Origin: Alphaproteobacteria bacterium
GTDB taxonomy: Bacteria; Pseudomonadota; Alphaproteobacteria; UBA2966
DNA length: 64,000 nucleotides
Direction: 5' to 3'
Assembly (NCBI GenBank): GCA_964291395.2
Contig: OZ219856.1
Location: forward strand, 2,496,001-2,560,000
Shown piece after piece: positions 54,612-64,000 of the stretch. The translations under genes were made by a program, and so were the position numbers. Positions within the stretch are counted from its first letter, which is position 1; each line of letters begins with the position of its first letter. The notes under the pieces are model-generated. The model worked only from the letters and a program-made list of their open reading frames with translations. It searched no databases and was not told where the DNA came from.

Positions 54612-55172
54612 CTATCCGTCGGCCGGTCGGATGTGTTCGAGCTTATTCGTCCAATGACGGGGCAACCCGTGTGCACGGGCACCCTCGCGCAAGAGGGTAA
54701 TGTAGCGAAGGGATGGGTTCCCGTCGGTTTCCTTGCCCTGTGCGACGTAGGCGACCACCTCGATGGGGCGTTTGTCGGCATCCTCGGCACCCAGCCACAG
54801 CTGGCGATAGGCCCCTCCGGGGACGCCTTCGGTACTGTCCAGCCGGACAAGATCGTGTCTGGTAATCCGGTATATCACCCCCCAAACCTCTTCGCCTGAA
54901 CATGGCTCGATATTCGCCGGTGCAGCCTTGCCCCGTGGCCGTCCTTCCAGGTTGAAGCGCAAACGGTAGTCTTTGATCCGACCGACGCGCCATTCGAGAG
55001 GACGCATACGGCGGCGACCGTGGAACACGCTTTCGTGCATGTTGGCTCCGAAGGCGAAATACCAGACCCCGTCGTCCGGAGGGCCGGCGAGCGACAATCC
55101 GTGGAAGCGATACCAGAGCTTCGACAACCACCAGGACTGGGCGATGGTGCGTCGCAAGGAGCGCTTCAGCAT
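54612..55172 (-). CDS. Gamma-glutamylcyclotransferase family
   Basis: YFAFGANM, VWGVIY, LDSTEG, PSLRY; start approximate. Confidence 0.82.
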   Translation of the reverse strand: MLKRSLRRTIAQSWWLSKLWYRFHGLSLAGPPDDGVWYFAFGANMHESVFHGRRRMRPLEWRVGRIKDYRLRFNLEGRPRGKAAPANIEPCSGEEVWGVIYRITRHDLVRLDSTEGVPGGAYRQLWLGAEDADKRPIEVVAYVAQGKETDGNPSLRYITLLREGARAHGLPRHWTNKLEHIRPADG

Positions 55173-55522
55173 CGGGAACATCTCACACCCGTTTCCTCTT
55201 CGACACGCCGGAGAAGCCGGACCGCGAAAACCCGGCCAATAGGGCGGCACAGGCGCCTACGGCCAAGGCAACCGACGGGCCCAAAAGGCAGCACTGTCCG
55301 ATCGAGCCATAGCTTCCACAGATTTCGTGCGGTTCACAGGGGTCATGGCCCGTCGCCGAACGACAGCTTACGGGCGCATCCGATCCGGAATCGCTCCAGG
55401 CGCGCCTGCGGGACGACTGAGGCGCCCCTCGAAGCCGCCACCGGTCATGGCCGCAATTGAATCGAAATTTGCTTCAGGAACGGTCACACTTCCGTCAGTC
55501 TCACTCAACCATGGAGGATCGG

Positions 55523-55849
55523 ATGATCGTCGACTATCGCGCCTATACCTTCAAGCCGGGCACCATTCCGGCGTTCTACGAAATGTTCGAGAAAGAAGGG
55601 CTCGAGCCGCAGCAGCGCATCCTTGGCAATTTCATCGGGATGTATCGAACCGAGGTCGGCAACGTGAACGAGGTCATCCACATGTGGGGATATGAGGATG
55701 CGCTCGAACGGGATCAACGCCGGGCCGAGCTCTACAAGGATCCCGTGTTCGCCGACTACGTCGTACGCGCCCGCGAGCTGATCACGGCCCAGGACGTCCG
55801 CACGCTGATCCCCGCACCCTTCAATCCGAAGCGGGCCGCAGTCACTTGA
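55523..55849 (+). CDS. NIPSNAP family protein
   Basis: DYRAYTFKPG, TEVGNVNEVIHMWGYED; SD GGAGG. Confidence 0.88.
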   Translation: MIVDYRAYTFKPGTIPAFYEMFEKEGLEPQQRILGNFIGMYRTEVGNVNEVIHMWGYEDALERDQRRAELYKDPVFADYVVRARELITAQDVRTLIPAPFNPKRAAVT

Positions 55850-56024
55850 CCTCACGCTTTACGGCCAAGGGCATGCCCGTCGCGACGGAAGCCGTCAAGG
55901 CCGCGGTTCTCAGCCTCATTCGAGTCCTCGGGCCAGCCACATGATGACGTCCGGCCGCAAGGAAGCCGGTGGCAAAGTCAGGAGGAACCTGGTGCATGTG
56001 ACGATATGAAAGGGGAGCACCGAT

Positions 56025-57398
56025 ATGTCGAAGGAGCACGGCACCGCTGCCGAGACTCAGGAATATCTGGAACGCTATATGGCAGGCCTCGAGAGAAGAA
56101 ACCCGGGAGAGCTGGAATTTCATCAGGCGGTCTACGAGGTGGCGTCAACCATATTCCCCTTCATTGCCGACAAGCCGCAGTACCATGAGAACCAGATCCT
56201 GGAGCGCATGGCCGAGCCGGACCGTGTCGTGCACTTCCGGGTTCCCTGGACGGACGACGAAGGCAATGTACGAACCAACCGGGGGTTCCGAGTCCAGTTC
56301 AACAGCGCGATTGGACCCTACAAGGGCGGCCTCCGTTTCCATCCGAGTGTCAACTTGAGCATCTTGAAGTTCCTCGGCTACGAGCAGACCTTCAAGAACA
56401 GCCTCACCGGCCTGCCGATGGGCGGCGCCAAGGGCGGCGCCAACTTCAATCCCAAGGGCAAATCCGACAACGAGGTCATGCGCTTCTGTCAATCCTTCAT
56501 CACCGAACTCTACCGCCACATCGGCGAAGACACGGATGTGCCTGCCGGCGACATCGGGGTTGGCGCCCGCGAAATCGGTTACATGTTCGGCCAGTACAAA
56601 CGCATCACAAACCGTTTTGTCGGCGTGCTGACGGGCAAGGGCCTCGAATTCGGAGGCTCGAAGATGCGCACCGAAGCGACCGGTTACGGCGCCATGTTCT
56701 TCCTGCGCAGCATGCTCGAACACGGCGGCGGCGGCATGGAAGGTATGCGGATATCGATTTCGGGCTCAGGTAATGTCGCAATCCACGCGGCGGAGAAGGC
56801 TCTTCAGCTTGGCGGAAAGCCACTTACCCTGTCGGATTCGGGAGGTTTCATATATTGCGCGGACGGCCTCACCCAGGAGCAGATCGATTGGATCAAGGAT
56901 CTCAAGAATGTGCGGCGAGGACGCATCTCGGAAGTTGCCCATGAGTTCAAAAGTATCGAGTTTCACGAGGGGAAACGCCCCTGGGGCGTGGAAGTCGACT
57001 GCGCCATGCCGTCCGCGACGCAGAACGAACTCAACGGCAGGGAGGCCGCGGTGCTGATCGAGAATGGCGTGAAGGTCGTTGCCGAAGCCGCCAACATGCC
57101 ATGTGAACAGGCCGCGGTGGATGCCTTTATCGAGGCCGGCGTGTTGTTCGGTCCGGCCAAGGCGGTCAATGCCGGCGGCGTCGGGGTTTCAGGTTTGGAA
57201 ATGAGCCAGAACAGCGCGCGCATTACGTGGGACGAAAAACATCTTCGCGACCTGCTCGAAAACATGATGCGCGACATCCATGACAGCTGTGTCCAATACG
57301 GAACCCGGAAAACCGGACCGGTGAACTATCGCGCCGGCGCCAACATCGCGGGGTTTGTGAAGGTCGCCGACGCCATGCTGTCTTACGGTCACGTATGA
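56025..57398 (+). CDS. gdhA: NADP-specific glutamate dehydrogenase
   Basis: GPYKGGLRFHP, KNSLTGLPMGGAKGG, DVPAGDIGVG, RTEATGYG, GSGNVA. Confidence 0.95.
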   Translation: MSKEHGTAAETQEYLERYMAGLERRNPGELEFHQAVYEVASTIFPFIADKPQYHENQILERMAEPDRVVHFRVPWTDDEGNVRTNRGFRVQFNSAIGPYKGGLRFHPSVNLSILKFLGYEQTFKNSLTGLPMGGAKGGANFNPKGKSDNEVMRFCQSFITELYRHIGEDTDVPAGDIGVGAREIGYMFGQYKRITNRFVGVLTGKGLEFGGSKMRTEATGYGAMFFLRSMLEHGGGGMEGMRISISGSGNVAIHAAEKALQLGGKPLTLSDSGGFIYCADGLTQEQIDWIKDLKNVRRGRISEVAHEFKSIEFHEGKRPWGVEVDCAMPSATQNELNGREAAVLIENGVKVVAEAANMPCEQAAVDAFIEAGVLFGPAKAVNAGGVGVSGLEMSQNSARITWDEKHLRDLLENMMRDIHDSCVQYGTRKTGPVNYRAGANIAGFVKVADAMLSYGHV

Positions 57399-57498
57399 AC
57401 CTTCCTGTTTGCGGCCTACACGAGCATTGCTCCCCGATATGCGCATCCGTCATGGCCTCGGAGCGTTCGGGAAGTAGCCGCATCACGGATGGCAGTGT

Positions 57499-58980
57499 CT
57501 AGCGGGTCGAAGTCGCCTCCTTCAGAGAGTCCTGGAGATCGTAACTGGCCAGCATGCGCTCCACCATCCCCATGGCGCGGTCCCAATCGTAGGAGTCGAA
57601 GGCCATGGTCTGGTTCATGAAATTCGGGGCGGCGTAGAACATCTCGTACGTAGTGTGGCGCGACCCGAACTCGGATCCGATAGCATCCCAGGCAAGCTTA
57701 AGCACCTTCACGCGGTCCTCCGGAGAGTAAACGGAGGATTTCTGCGTCTTGTGGATGAGGTCGGCGAGTTCAGGATTGGCGAAGTCGCGCACGTCCGAGG
57801 GCAGCATGATCAAACCACCCCCCGCCAACTCCCGTATGGTCGTGATCACCTTTGGGTAAAGCTGCTGAGCCAGGACGAGGGCGGAAATCACCGCGTTGCG
57901 CGTCGGCGCGAGGTAGGATCCGACCTGGCGCGCGCCGGCCTCCATGCCGTGGACCAACGCCTCGATCATCTGGGTTTCCGACGTGAGCTGACCGAGCTTT
58001 TCACGAACCTGGGGGAAATTCACGATACCCGTGGTCTCGGCGACCATGCGGGCGACACCGGCCAAGAACCGCATCTTCACCATCAAGCGGATCATCGACT
58101 GATAGTTCTGCATCGCGTGCCCCGGTGCCGTATGGAACAGAGCGCGGCAGACCTCGGGATCACGTAAAGCAAAAACCCGCTCCCACGGCACCTTGACCTC
58201 ATCGAAATAGAGAATCGCATCATTCTCGTCGAACCGCGAAGAGAGGGGATTGTCGAAAACGGATGCCGCGTTTTCCTCATAGGACCGGCGGCACATCTGT
58301 TTCAGGCCCTTCGCGTTCATCGGCACGGCGAACGTGACGGCGTAGCGCTCCTCCCCCTCCTGAAGGGGCATCAGGCTGGCCACCAGCACCTCGTTGCACA
58401 TGGCGGTGGCAGTGCCGAGCATCTTGGCGCCCTTCACGACAATACCTTCGCTGTCCTCATCGACGATGGCCACGGTGTGGAATTCATCACCCTGATCGGA
58501 TGTCGCCTTCGAGCGGTCGCCCTGCGGATTGACGATGACGTACGTGACGTAATGATCGTTGTCCCGGACAAAGGCGAAGTAGTCGCGAAGGGCGGCGGCG
58601 CGGTTGGGGTCGTGCGCCTCGAGGAGATCGATCCCCATCATGAACCCGACCAGCGTGGAAGCGACGTGGTCCGGCGCCCGGCCCATGAACCCAAAATGCA
58701 CCTCGTTCCAGGCTTCGATGGCTCGGCGACGTTTCGCCAGTTCCTCGTAGCACGTGGGCAGTCGCCATTGCAGGTTGACGCGGTCGCCTGTCGCGGGAGA
58801 GGTGAACGTCATACGCTCGACGTTGTCGCCAGCCGCCTGAAAATCGTAGAGCGATGCGATCGACCGCGTTGAATTGCGGAATGCCCGATGGGTCGTCACG
58901 TCGTCGACGAGTTCACCGTTGATGTAAATCTCCCGGCCGTCGCGCAGCGCCTCGAGATGCTGGGTTCCGTCCTTCGGCAC
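57499..58980 (-). CDS. 4-hydroxyphenylacetate 3-monooxygenase (HpaB)-family flavin-dependent oxygenase
   Basis: LRDGREIYINGE, GRAPDH, VKGAKML, RFDENDA, GSEFGSRH..YEMF; GTG start. Confidence 0.88.
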   Translation of the reverse strand: MPKDGTQHLEALRDGREIYINGELVDDVTTHRAFRNSTRSIASLYDFQAAGDNVERMTFTSPATGDRVNLQWRLPTCYEELAKRRRAIEAWNEVHFGFMGRAPDHVASTLVGFMMGIDLLEAHDPNRAAALRDYFAFVRDNDHYVTYVIVNPQGDRSKATSDQGDEFHTVAIVDEDSEGIVVKGAKMLGTATAMCNEVLVASLMPLQEGEERYAVTFAVPMNAKGLKQMCRRSYEENAASVFDNPLSSRFDENDAILYFDEVKVPWERVFALRDPEVCRALFHTAPGHAMQNYQSMIRLMVKMRFLAGVARMVAETTGIVNFPQVREKLGQLTSETQMIEALVHGMEAGARQVGSYLAPTRNAVISALVLAQQLYPKVITTIRELAGGGLIMLPSDVRDFANPELADLIHKTQKSSVYSPEDRVKVLKLAWDAIGSEFGSRHTTYEMFYAAPNFMNQTMAFDSYDWDRAMGMVERMLASYDLQDSLKEATSTR

Positions 58981-59334
58981 GATAATTCTTCCTGTTGACT
59001 GTGGCTCGGCGCTGAACGTTGGTTCCCATGGTTCAAAAGAAAGACGAATTCCGCTTACCGACCGGCGGCTCGCGTTCCAGCGCATCGGAAACTATGCCAA
59101 TGTTGCTGAACGTGAGCCAGACAGCATCCAGTACACCGACGGCTATTTGCACCGTCAACGAGCACGGCGCGTGCTCGGCGGTCGAGCACAGAGGAGCCGC
59201 TTTACCCGGCGCCGAGGTCACACCCATGCCGAAGGCTGTCGGTCGCCTGTCGAACGCCCTGCCAGACGACTCCGTCTCCCAACCCGATTACGACAGAACT
59301 GGAGTCCGCACGTGCCGATAGCCCCCGCCTACCC

Positions 59335-60747
59335 ATGATCCTTCGAGTCGAAGACAAGACGTTCGATGCCTCGGTTCCAATCGTCATCGTTGGTGCCGGA
59401 GCGTGCGGCATTTGCGCGGCGCTGACGGCGAAGGAGAACGGCGTGGAGTCCCTGGTGCTGGAGCGGGACGAGACGCCTACAGGCTCATCCGCGCTATCCA
59501 CCTGTTTGATTCCCGCGGCCGGCACGAGGCTGCAACGCGTAGAGGGCGTGGAGGACTCGGTCGACAGGTTCGCCGCCGACTTGATTGCCAAAGCCAAGGA
59601 TCAGAACGATCCCGAAATGGCGCGCTGGGTGGCGGAAGCATCCGGTCCAACCGTCGATTGGCTGGTGGACACGGTGGGACTGCCGCTGTCCCTGGTGAAA
59701 GGTTTCAAGTATCCGGGGCATTCCACTTACCGCATGCACGGTTCACCCAATCGGACCGGCAGCGAGCTCATGGCCGCACTGACCGGAGCGGCTGCCCGAG
59801 AGAACATCGACATTGCGACCTCGGCACATGTAACCGGCCTCTTCGCCAACGAAGCAGGGCACGTTCGCGGAGTCCGCGCCACACGGCCCGACGGCGCGAT
59901 CGAAGACATCGGTTGCGGCGCCCTCATCCTCGCCTGCAGCGGCTATGGAGGGAACCCGGAGATGATCCGGGAATACGTCCCGGAGATGGCGGATGCGATC
60001 TACTTCGGACACGCGGGCAATCAGGGCGACGCCGTCCTCTGGGGAAGGGAACTCGACGCGGCAACGGCCGACCTTGGCTCCTATCAAGGTCACGGGGCGG
60101 TGACGCATCCTCACGGCACACTGGTTTTTTGGGGCGTGCTGACCGAAGGTGGATTTCAGGTGAATCTCCAGGGCAAGCGCTTCTCGAACGAGGTGCGCGG
60201 CTACTCGGAACAGGCCGTGGAAGTAATCGACCAGCCGGATCATGTCGTCTGGGAAATCTGGGACCACGAAGGTCATGAACTGGGTCTTGCCTTCCAGGAC
60301 TATCGAGAAGGCGTGGAGATGGGTGCGATACGAGAGGCAGGGTCGCTCGAGGAGATCGTGGAGCAGAGCGGCCTGCCCTTCGACGCGCTGAGCGAGACAT
60401 TCGAGGACGTCGCCGCCTGCATTCGGCGCGGCAGGAAAGATGATTGGGGCCGGGAGTGGCGAGGTGTCGAGCCGCTGGAACCGCCCTTTCACTTTGCGCG
60501 GGTAACGGGCGCTCTGTTCCACACCCAGGGCGGGCTCGTGGTCGACGGCAAGGCCCGAGTTCTGCGGGAGGACGGCACACCGCTTCCAAACTCGTTCGCT
60601 GGGGGCGGCGCGGCCCGCGGTCTTTCCGGTCCGTCACGCTGGGGATATCTTTCAGGCAACGGACTGCTGACGGCGACCGTGCTCGGACGGGTCGCCGGGA
60701 GGGAGGCGGCAAGGTTGGTCGAAGGACGGCATTGCCGGCTCGGCTGA
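59335..60747 (+). CDS. FAD-dependent oxidoreductase (fumarate reductase / 3-ketosteroid dehydrogenase flavoprotein family)
   Basis: VGAGACG, ACSGYGGN, GKRFSNE, HTQGGL, YLSGNGL. Confidence 0.88.
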   Translation: MILRVEDKTFDASVPIVIVGAGACGICAALTAKENGVESLVLERDETPTGSSALSTCLIPAAGTRLQRVEGVEDSVDRFAADLIAKAKDQNDPEMARWVAEASGPTVDWLVDTVGLPLSLVKGFKYPGHSTYRMHGSPNRTGSELMAALTGAAARENIDIATSAHVTGLFANEAGHVRGVRATRPDGAIEDIGCGALILACSGYGGNPEMIREYVPEMADAIYFGHAGNQGDAVLWGRELDAATADLGSYQGHGAVTHPHGTLVFWGVLTEGGFQVNLQGKRFSNEVRGYSEQAVEVIDQPDHVVWEIWDHEGHELGLAFQDYREGVEMGAIREAGSLEEIVEQSGLPFDALSETFEDVAACIRRGRKDDWGREWRGVEPLEPPFHFARVTGALFHTQGGLVVDGKARVLREDGTPLPNSFAGGGAARGLSGPSRWGYLSGNGLLTATVLGRVAGREAARLVEGRHCRLG

Positions 60748-60867
60748 AGAAGTCGGAAAGGACGGGTGCGAATCGCACCCATTTGATGCTTGAGTGCCAA
60801 CCGACCGCGACGGCGCCTGGCATGCGCCGAGGCGCGCCGGGCCCGCGCACTCACGATGATCCAGCGA

Positions 60868-61371
60868 TCATCGAGGCACGAGCTTAGGTGGTCCGCGCCT
60901 CCAGGAGCCATCGGGTTGCATACACGCGTCGCCGTAGGCCTCGACCTCTTTTCCGTCGATGATGATCTGCGTCTGATATTCACGGATCATCAGACAGCCC
61001 GAAGGCAGTGTCGCGCGTTGCCGGACCGGGGTTGCCGCCGGCGGAGGTGAAGGCGGAGCGACATATCGTACCTGCGGCACGATGTGGACTGTTGGCGGCC
61101 GGCGATAGACCCTCACCGGTATCCACCCTTCATGCCAGTAATGATCAACCCTCGGGCGGCTCAGCATCAGACTCAACATGCCGAGGCCGAGCAAGGCTGC
61201 CGCGGCGTAGCCGTGATGGTGGTGACTATGGCCCGAATGATGGCGGTGACGTTTGCCGGCAAAAGACGGGTTCGCCAAGCCAACAACGAGCGCTGCCGCG
61301 AGCGCATACACACACCCGGCCTTGACGAAAGACTTCAGTCGTGGCCGTCCGCCTTGCTCATACTGCATCAT
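60868..61371 (-). CDS. Secreted His/Pro-rich protein with a 17-kDa-surface-antigen-like C-terminal domain
   Basis: Signal peptide, HRHHSGHSHHHH, TM-like segment, Pro-rich linker, C..REYQ...AYG.AC.QPDGSW. Confidence 0.72.
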   Translation of the reverse strand: MMQYEQGGRPRLKSFVKAGCVYALAAALVVGLANPSFAGKRHRHHSGHSHHHHGYAAAALLGLGMLSLMLSRPRVDHYWHEGWIPVRVYRRPPTVHIVPQVRYVAPPSPPPAATPVRQRATLPSGCLMIREYQTQIIIDGKEVEAYGDACMQPDGSWRRGPPKLVPR

Positions 61372-61419
61372 GTATCCATTTCGCTTCGCGAGAGGCTTGT
61401 CAAGCGGCTCAGTTTACCA

Positions 61420-61745
61420 TGAGAACGCATGAATTGATTCTCCAAACGGAGGCCGCGCAGATCGTAAGGTTCGAACATGGCCGGTGTGACGTCGTGATCA
61501 GATATGAACTCCCATGGGACCTGGTCACGTTCGGTTGGGCGAGCATGGGCTACAATGGCCGAAACGGCCACCACGGCCAACGCCTGGGACACCTCGCGCA
61601 TCAAGCTCGCGATCCACGTTACCCAGGTTCCCTTGCGCAACCCTGCGATACTGGCGCGGCTGGCTCTCTCGGTGAATCGGATCTCCGCAGGACAACTGGT
61701 GATCGGCCTCGGTATGAGACCCATCACGGATCCGGCTTACCGATG
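61420..61745 (+). pseudogene. Luciferase-like monooxygenase (LLM) remnant
   Basis: TSRIKLA..VTQVPLRNPAILARLALSVNRISAGQLVIGLG; frameshifted and truncated. Confidence 0.7.
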
Positions 61746-62197
61746 CCCAGCGCCGGCGCGACGTCCCAGGCGCTTTGACAAGCGGCGCCATGCCGACGCT
61801 GCCTCTCGCTCAGCGCGCCTTCGATCTTCCCGATCAAGGCTGCTGGCGCGCCGCGCCGAACGCACCGAGGATCTGACCCCGCGCGAAGATTCCCGCAAGC
61901 ACGATTGCATGAACGCTGCCTAGTTTGCCCGGATCACGGTGACCACCGGCACAAACCGACGATTTTCTCTATAATATATGGCATATGTTGTATTCAAAGC
62001 GGTAAAATATGCAACATGTAGCAGAGCGGTGCGGACATACCATCGTTTCCGGTACGGTTGCCGCCCCGCCGGACACGGCTGCCAAGGCGACCAGCACCTT
62101 GCTGAATAACTTCGCCCGATCCCGTCGGCCTCCGGCTCGGTGGCTCGTTTCCAAACTTGAGGCCGCAGGCGGCCCGTTCCCTGTTCGACACTCGATC

Positions 62198-62875
62198 ATG
62201 CGCAACGCCGGCCGTCGCGTGCGGGTTCCGGCGGTACCGGCAGCGGCACTCGCAGTGCTGATGGTCATCTCGTCTCTCCTCACCGGTTGCAGCGAGCCCC
62301 TCCTCGGAGTATCCGCGCATTTGGGCGTGGCGATGGCCGAGGAGCGCCCCGTAACCGAAGCGGTCGACGACCTCAAGATTCAGGTCCAGCTCAACCATAT
62401 TTTCTTCAACGACGACATCGAACTCCATCGGGCCGTGTCCTTCAGCGTGATCGAGGGACGGGCGCTGCTCACCGGCATCGTTCCGGCGTTCGAAGACCGG
62501 ATCCACGCCGTACGGCTTGCCCGCAAGGCCGAGGGAGTCCGCCAAGTGATCGACGGACTCCAGGTGGCCGAAAAGGGAGGGGTCATCGACTATGCCTTGG
62601 ACAGATGGATCACGGCACGGCTCAAGCTCAGGATCCTCAGGGACAAGGACATCCTGCATATCAACTACGACATCAATACCGTCAACCGCACCGTTTACCT
62701 GTTCGGCATCGCCCAGGACGAGGAGGAACTCGTGAAGGCGGCGGGTCACGCCCGTTTCATCGGCGGCGTCAAGAACATCGTGAGCCACGTGATCATGAAG
62801 GACGATCCAAGCCGCCCGTCGCCGCCCGGCGAAGGGGATGGCGACGGCAAGCGGTCCACGCCGCCCAGGGCTTGA
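62198..62875 (+). CDS. BON-domain lipoprotein (DolP/YraP-like)
   Basis: Lipobox LTGC; two BON domains (EGRALLTG; DRWITARLK...VYLFGIA). Confidence 0.85.
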   Translation: MRNAGRRVRVPAVPAAALAVLMVISSLLTGCSEPLLGVSAHLGVAMAEERPVTEAVDDLKIQVQLNHIFFNDDIELHRAVSFSVIEGRALLTGIVPAFEDRIHAVRLARKAEGVRQVIDGLQVAEKGGVIDYALDRWITARLKLRILRDKDILHINYDINTVNRTVYLFGIAQDEEELVKAAGHARFIGGVKNIVSHVIMKDDPSRPSPPGEGDGDGKRSTPPRA

Positions 62876-62928
62876 CATCGCGAAGTTGCCGGCGCGCGGT
62901 GTGTCGCCCCGCTGTTCCGTCGGGGACT

Positions 62929-63000
62929 ACGAGAATCCACTATCCGCGTCTTGTCCGGGTGCAGGCGTAGACTGTAGTTTGCCAATCGCTTTGCCGGCAC
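62929..63000 (-). mobile_element. Group II intron reverse transcriptase remnant
   Basis: KRLANYSLRLHPDKTRIVD matches the RT domain 6 motif L.LH..KT..V. Confidence 0.6.
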
Positions 63001-63292
63001 CCTTGGCGTGCTGAACCACGATTGCGTTCAATTTCCTTCGATTCGTGTATGAGGCACATACCTGAAGGCAATTGCGAGATACTCCACCAGCAAGACGCAT
63101 GACCAGTCTCCTCGTTGAAGGGCGCGCATTGAACTGTCGTCTCACCAGAAAGCCACGGTTGGCAGGCGGCTTCACCCTGATCGTCGAGGGTTTTGCCCTG
63201 GTCGGCGGCGGCCATACCGACCTCATCGTGCTCGGGCGTTCCGGGAATCAGCGAGTCGCCTCGTCGCCCATCGGACCATCCTGCTCGATGCC

Positions 63293-64000
63293 GTGAACGA
63301 CGCACTCGCACCGATCGTCAAGGATCTCGTGCTCGTCGGTGGCGGGCACAGCCACGTCATCGTGCTCAAGCGCTTCGGCATGAAGCCGATGCCTGGGGTA
63401 CGGGTCACGCTTATCTGCCGCGACGTGGAGACGCCATATTCCGGAATGCTCCCGGGCCACATCGCCGGACACTACACCCACGACGACATTCACATCGACC
63501 TAGGTCCCCTGACGCGCTTCGCGAACGCGCGCTTCTACCACGACGAGGTCATCGGGCTCGACCCGGTTGAGCGAAGGGTGATCTGCCGCAACCGGCCTCC
63601 GGTGCGGTATGACGTGCTGTCCGTCGACATCGGGTCGGTGCCGCGGACGCACGACGTGCCAGGCGCAGAAAGCACGGGGGTGCCGGTCAAGCCGATCGGA
63701 AACTTCGTCGCCCAGTGGAACGAGCTGGTCGAGCGGGTACTCGGCACCGACGCTCCGTTGCGGATCGGAGTGGTGGGAGCGGGTGTCGGCGGCGTCGAGA
63801 TGGTGCTCGCGATGCAGCACGGGTTCCGCAACCGGCTACGCAAGGCAGGAGACGACCCCGATCGGGTGAGCTTCGATCTGTTCACCTCCGGAGCCGAGGT
63901 ACTTCCCCGCAACCCACCTCGGGTTGGGGCCGCGTTCGCTCGCGTGCTGGCTGAGCGCGGTGTACGAGTTCATCTCAATTCCCGGATCGAGCGCGCCAGT
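63293..64000 (+). CDS. Pyridine-nucleotide-disulfide oxidoreductase domain typical of the N-terminus of NADH-dehydrogenase-SelD fusions (runs off the window)
   Basis: GTG start; KDLVLVGGGHSH, TPYSGMLPG, YDVLSVDIGS, VVGAGVGGVE. No stop in the window, and the SelD domain itself is not visible. Confidence 0.8.
   Translation, partial: MNDALAPIVKDLVLVGGGHSHVIVLKRFGMKPMPGVRVTLICRDVETPYSGMLPGHIAGHYTHDDIHIDLGPLTRFANARFYHDEVIGLDPVERRVICRNRPPVRYDVLSVDIGSVPRTHDVPGAESTGVPVKPIGNFVAQWNELVERVLGTDAPLRIGVVGAGVGGVEMVLAMQHGFRNRLRKAGDDPDRVSFDLFTSGAEVLPRNPPRVGAAFARVLAERGVRVHLNSRIERAS

Noticed and set aside
15460-64000. Integron cassette array or CRISPR array as an explanation of the patchwork
   Set aside because: Genes are in mixed orientation, and I saw no repeated attC-like sites, regularly spaced repeats, intI or cas genes.

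Overview
High-GC alphaproteobacterial DNA; the 16S and gene content look Rhodospirillales-like, and a host-associated or marine symbiont is possible but unproven. The region 1-15.4 kb looks like core genome. It holds a fatty-acid-desaturase-family gene, nnrU, an aerobic benzoyl-CoA (box) cluster (hydrolase, benzoate-CoA ligase, boxC, boxB, with no boxA or boxR in the window), an Hsp20 gene with RpoH and ROSE signals, and a complete rrn operon (16S, tRNA-Ile, tRNA-Ala, 23S, 5S, tRNA-fMet). Downstream of tRNA-fMet (15.5-64 kb) is a patchwork of mostly solitary intact genes in mixed orientation: a divergent TypA, a P450, a sugar-acid dehydratase plus SDR, three OM beta-barrels, glyoxalase, a BNR-repeat protein, GST, NnrS, a BisC-type Mo enzyme, CitE, a Tat-signal AKR, a ChrR cupin, CmcJ, PrpD, PhyH, TauD, GGCT, NIPSNAP, GdhA, an HpaB-like enzyme, a flavoprotein, a BON lipoprotein and the start of a SelD-type fusion. 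These are separated by many short decayed remnants (SRAP, terminase, AbiEi, DUF3047, resolvase, LysR, IstB, cupin, SDR, HNH, LLM, group II intron RT) and an IS1182-like MITE. The most intriguing item is a soluble GAF-PAS-HK-REC-winged-helix fusion protein. It is bracketed by two related AT-rich elements in direct orientation, one containing a G12 tract and the other a perfect 18-bp palindrome. A duplicated Hsp20 with its RpoH/ROSE leader also heads an hsp20-usp-hemerythrin operon. All family calls come from motif recognition by eye, not database searches.
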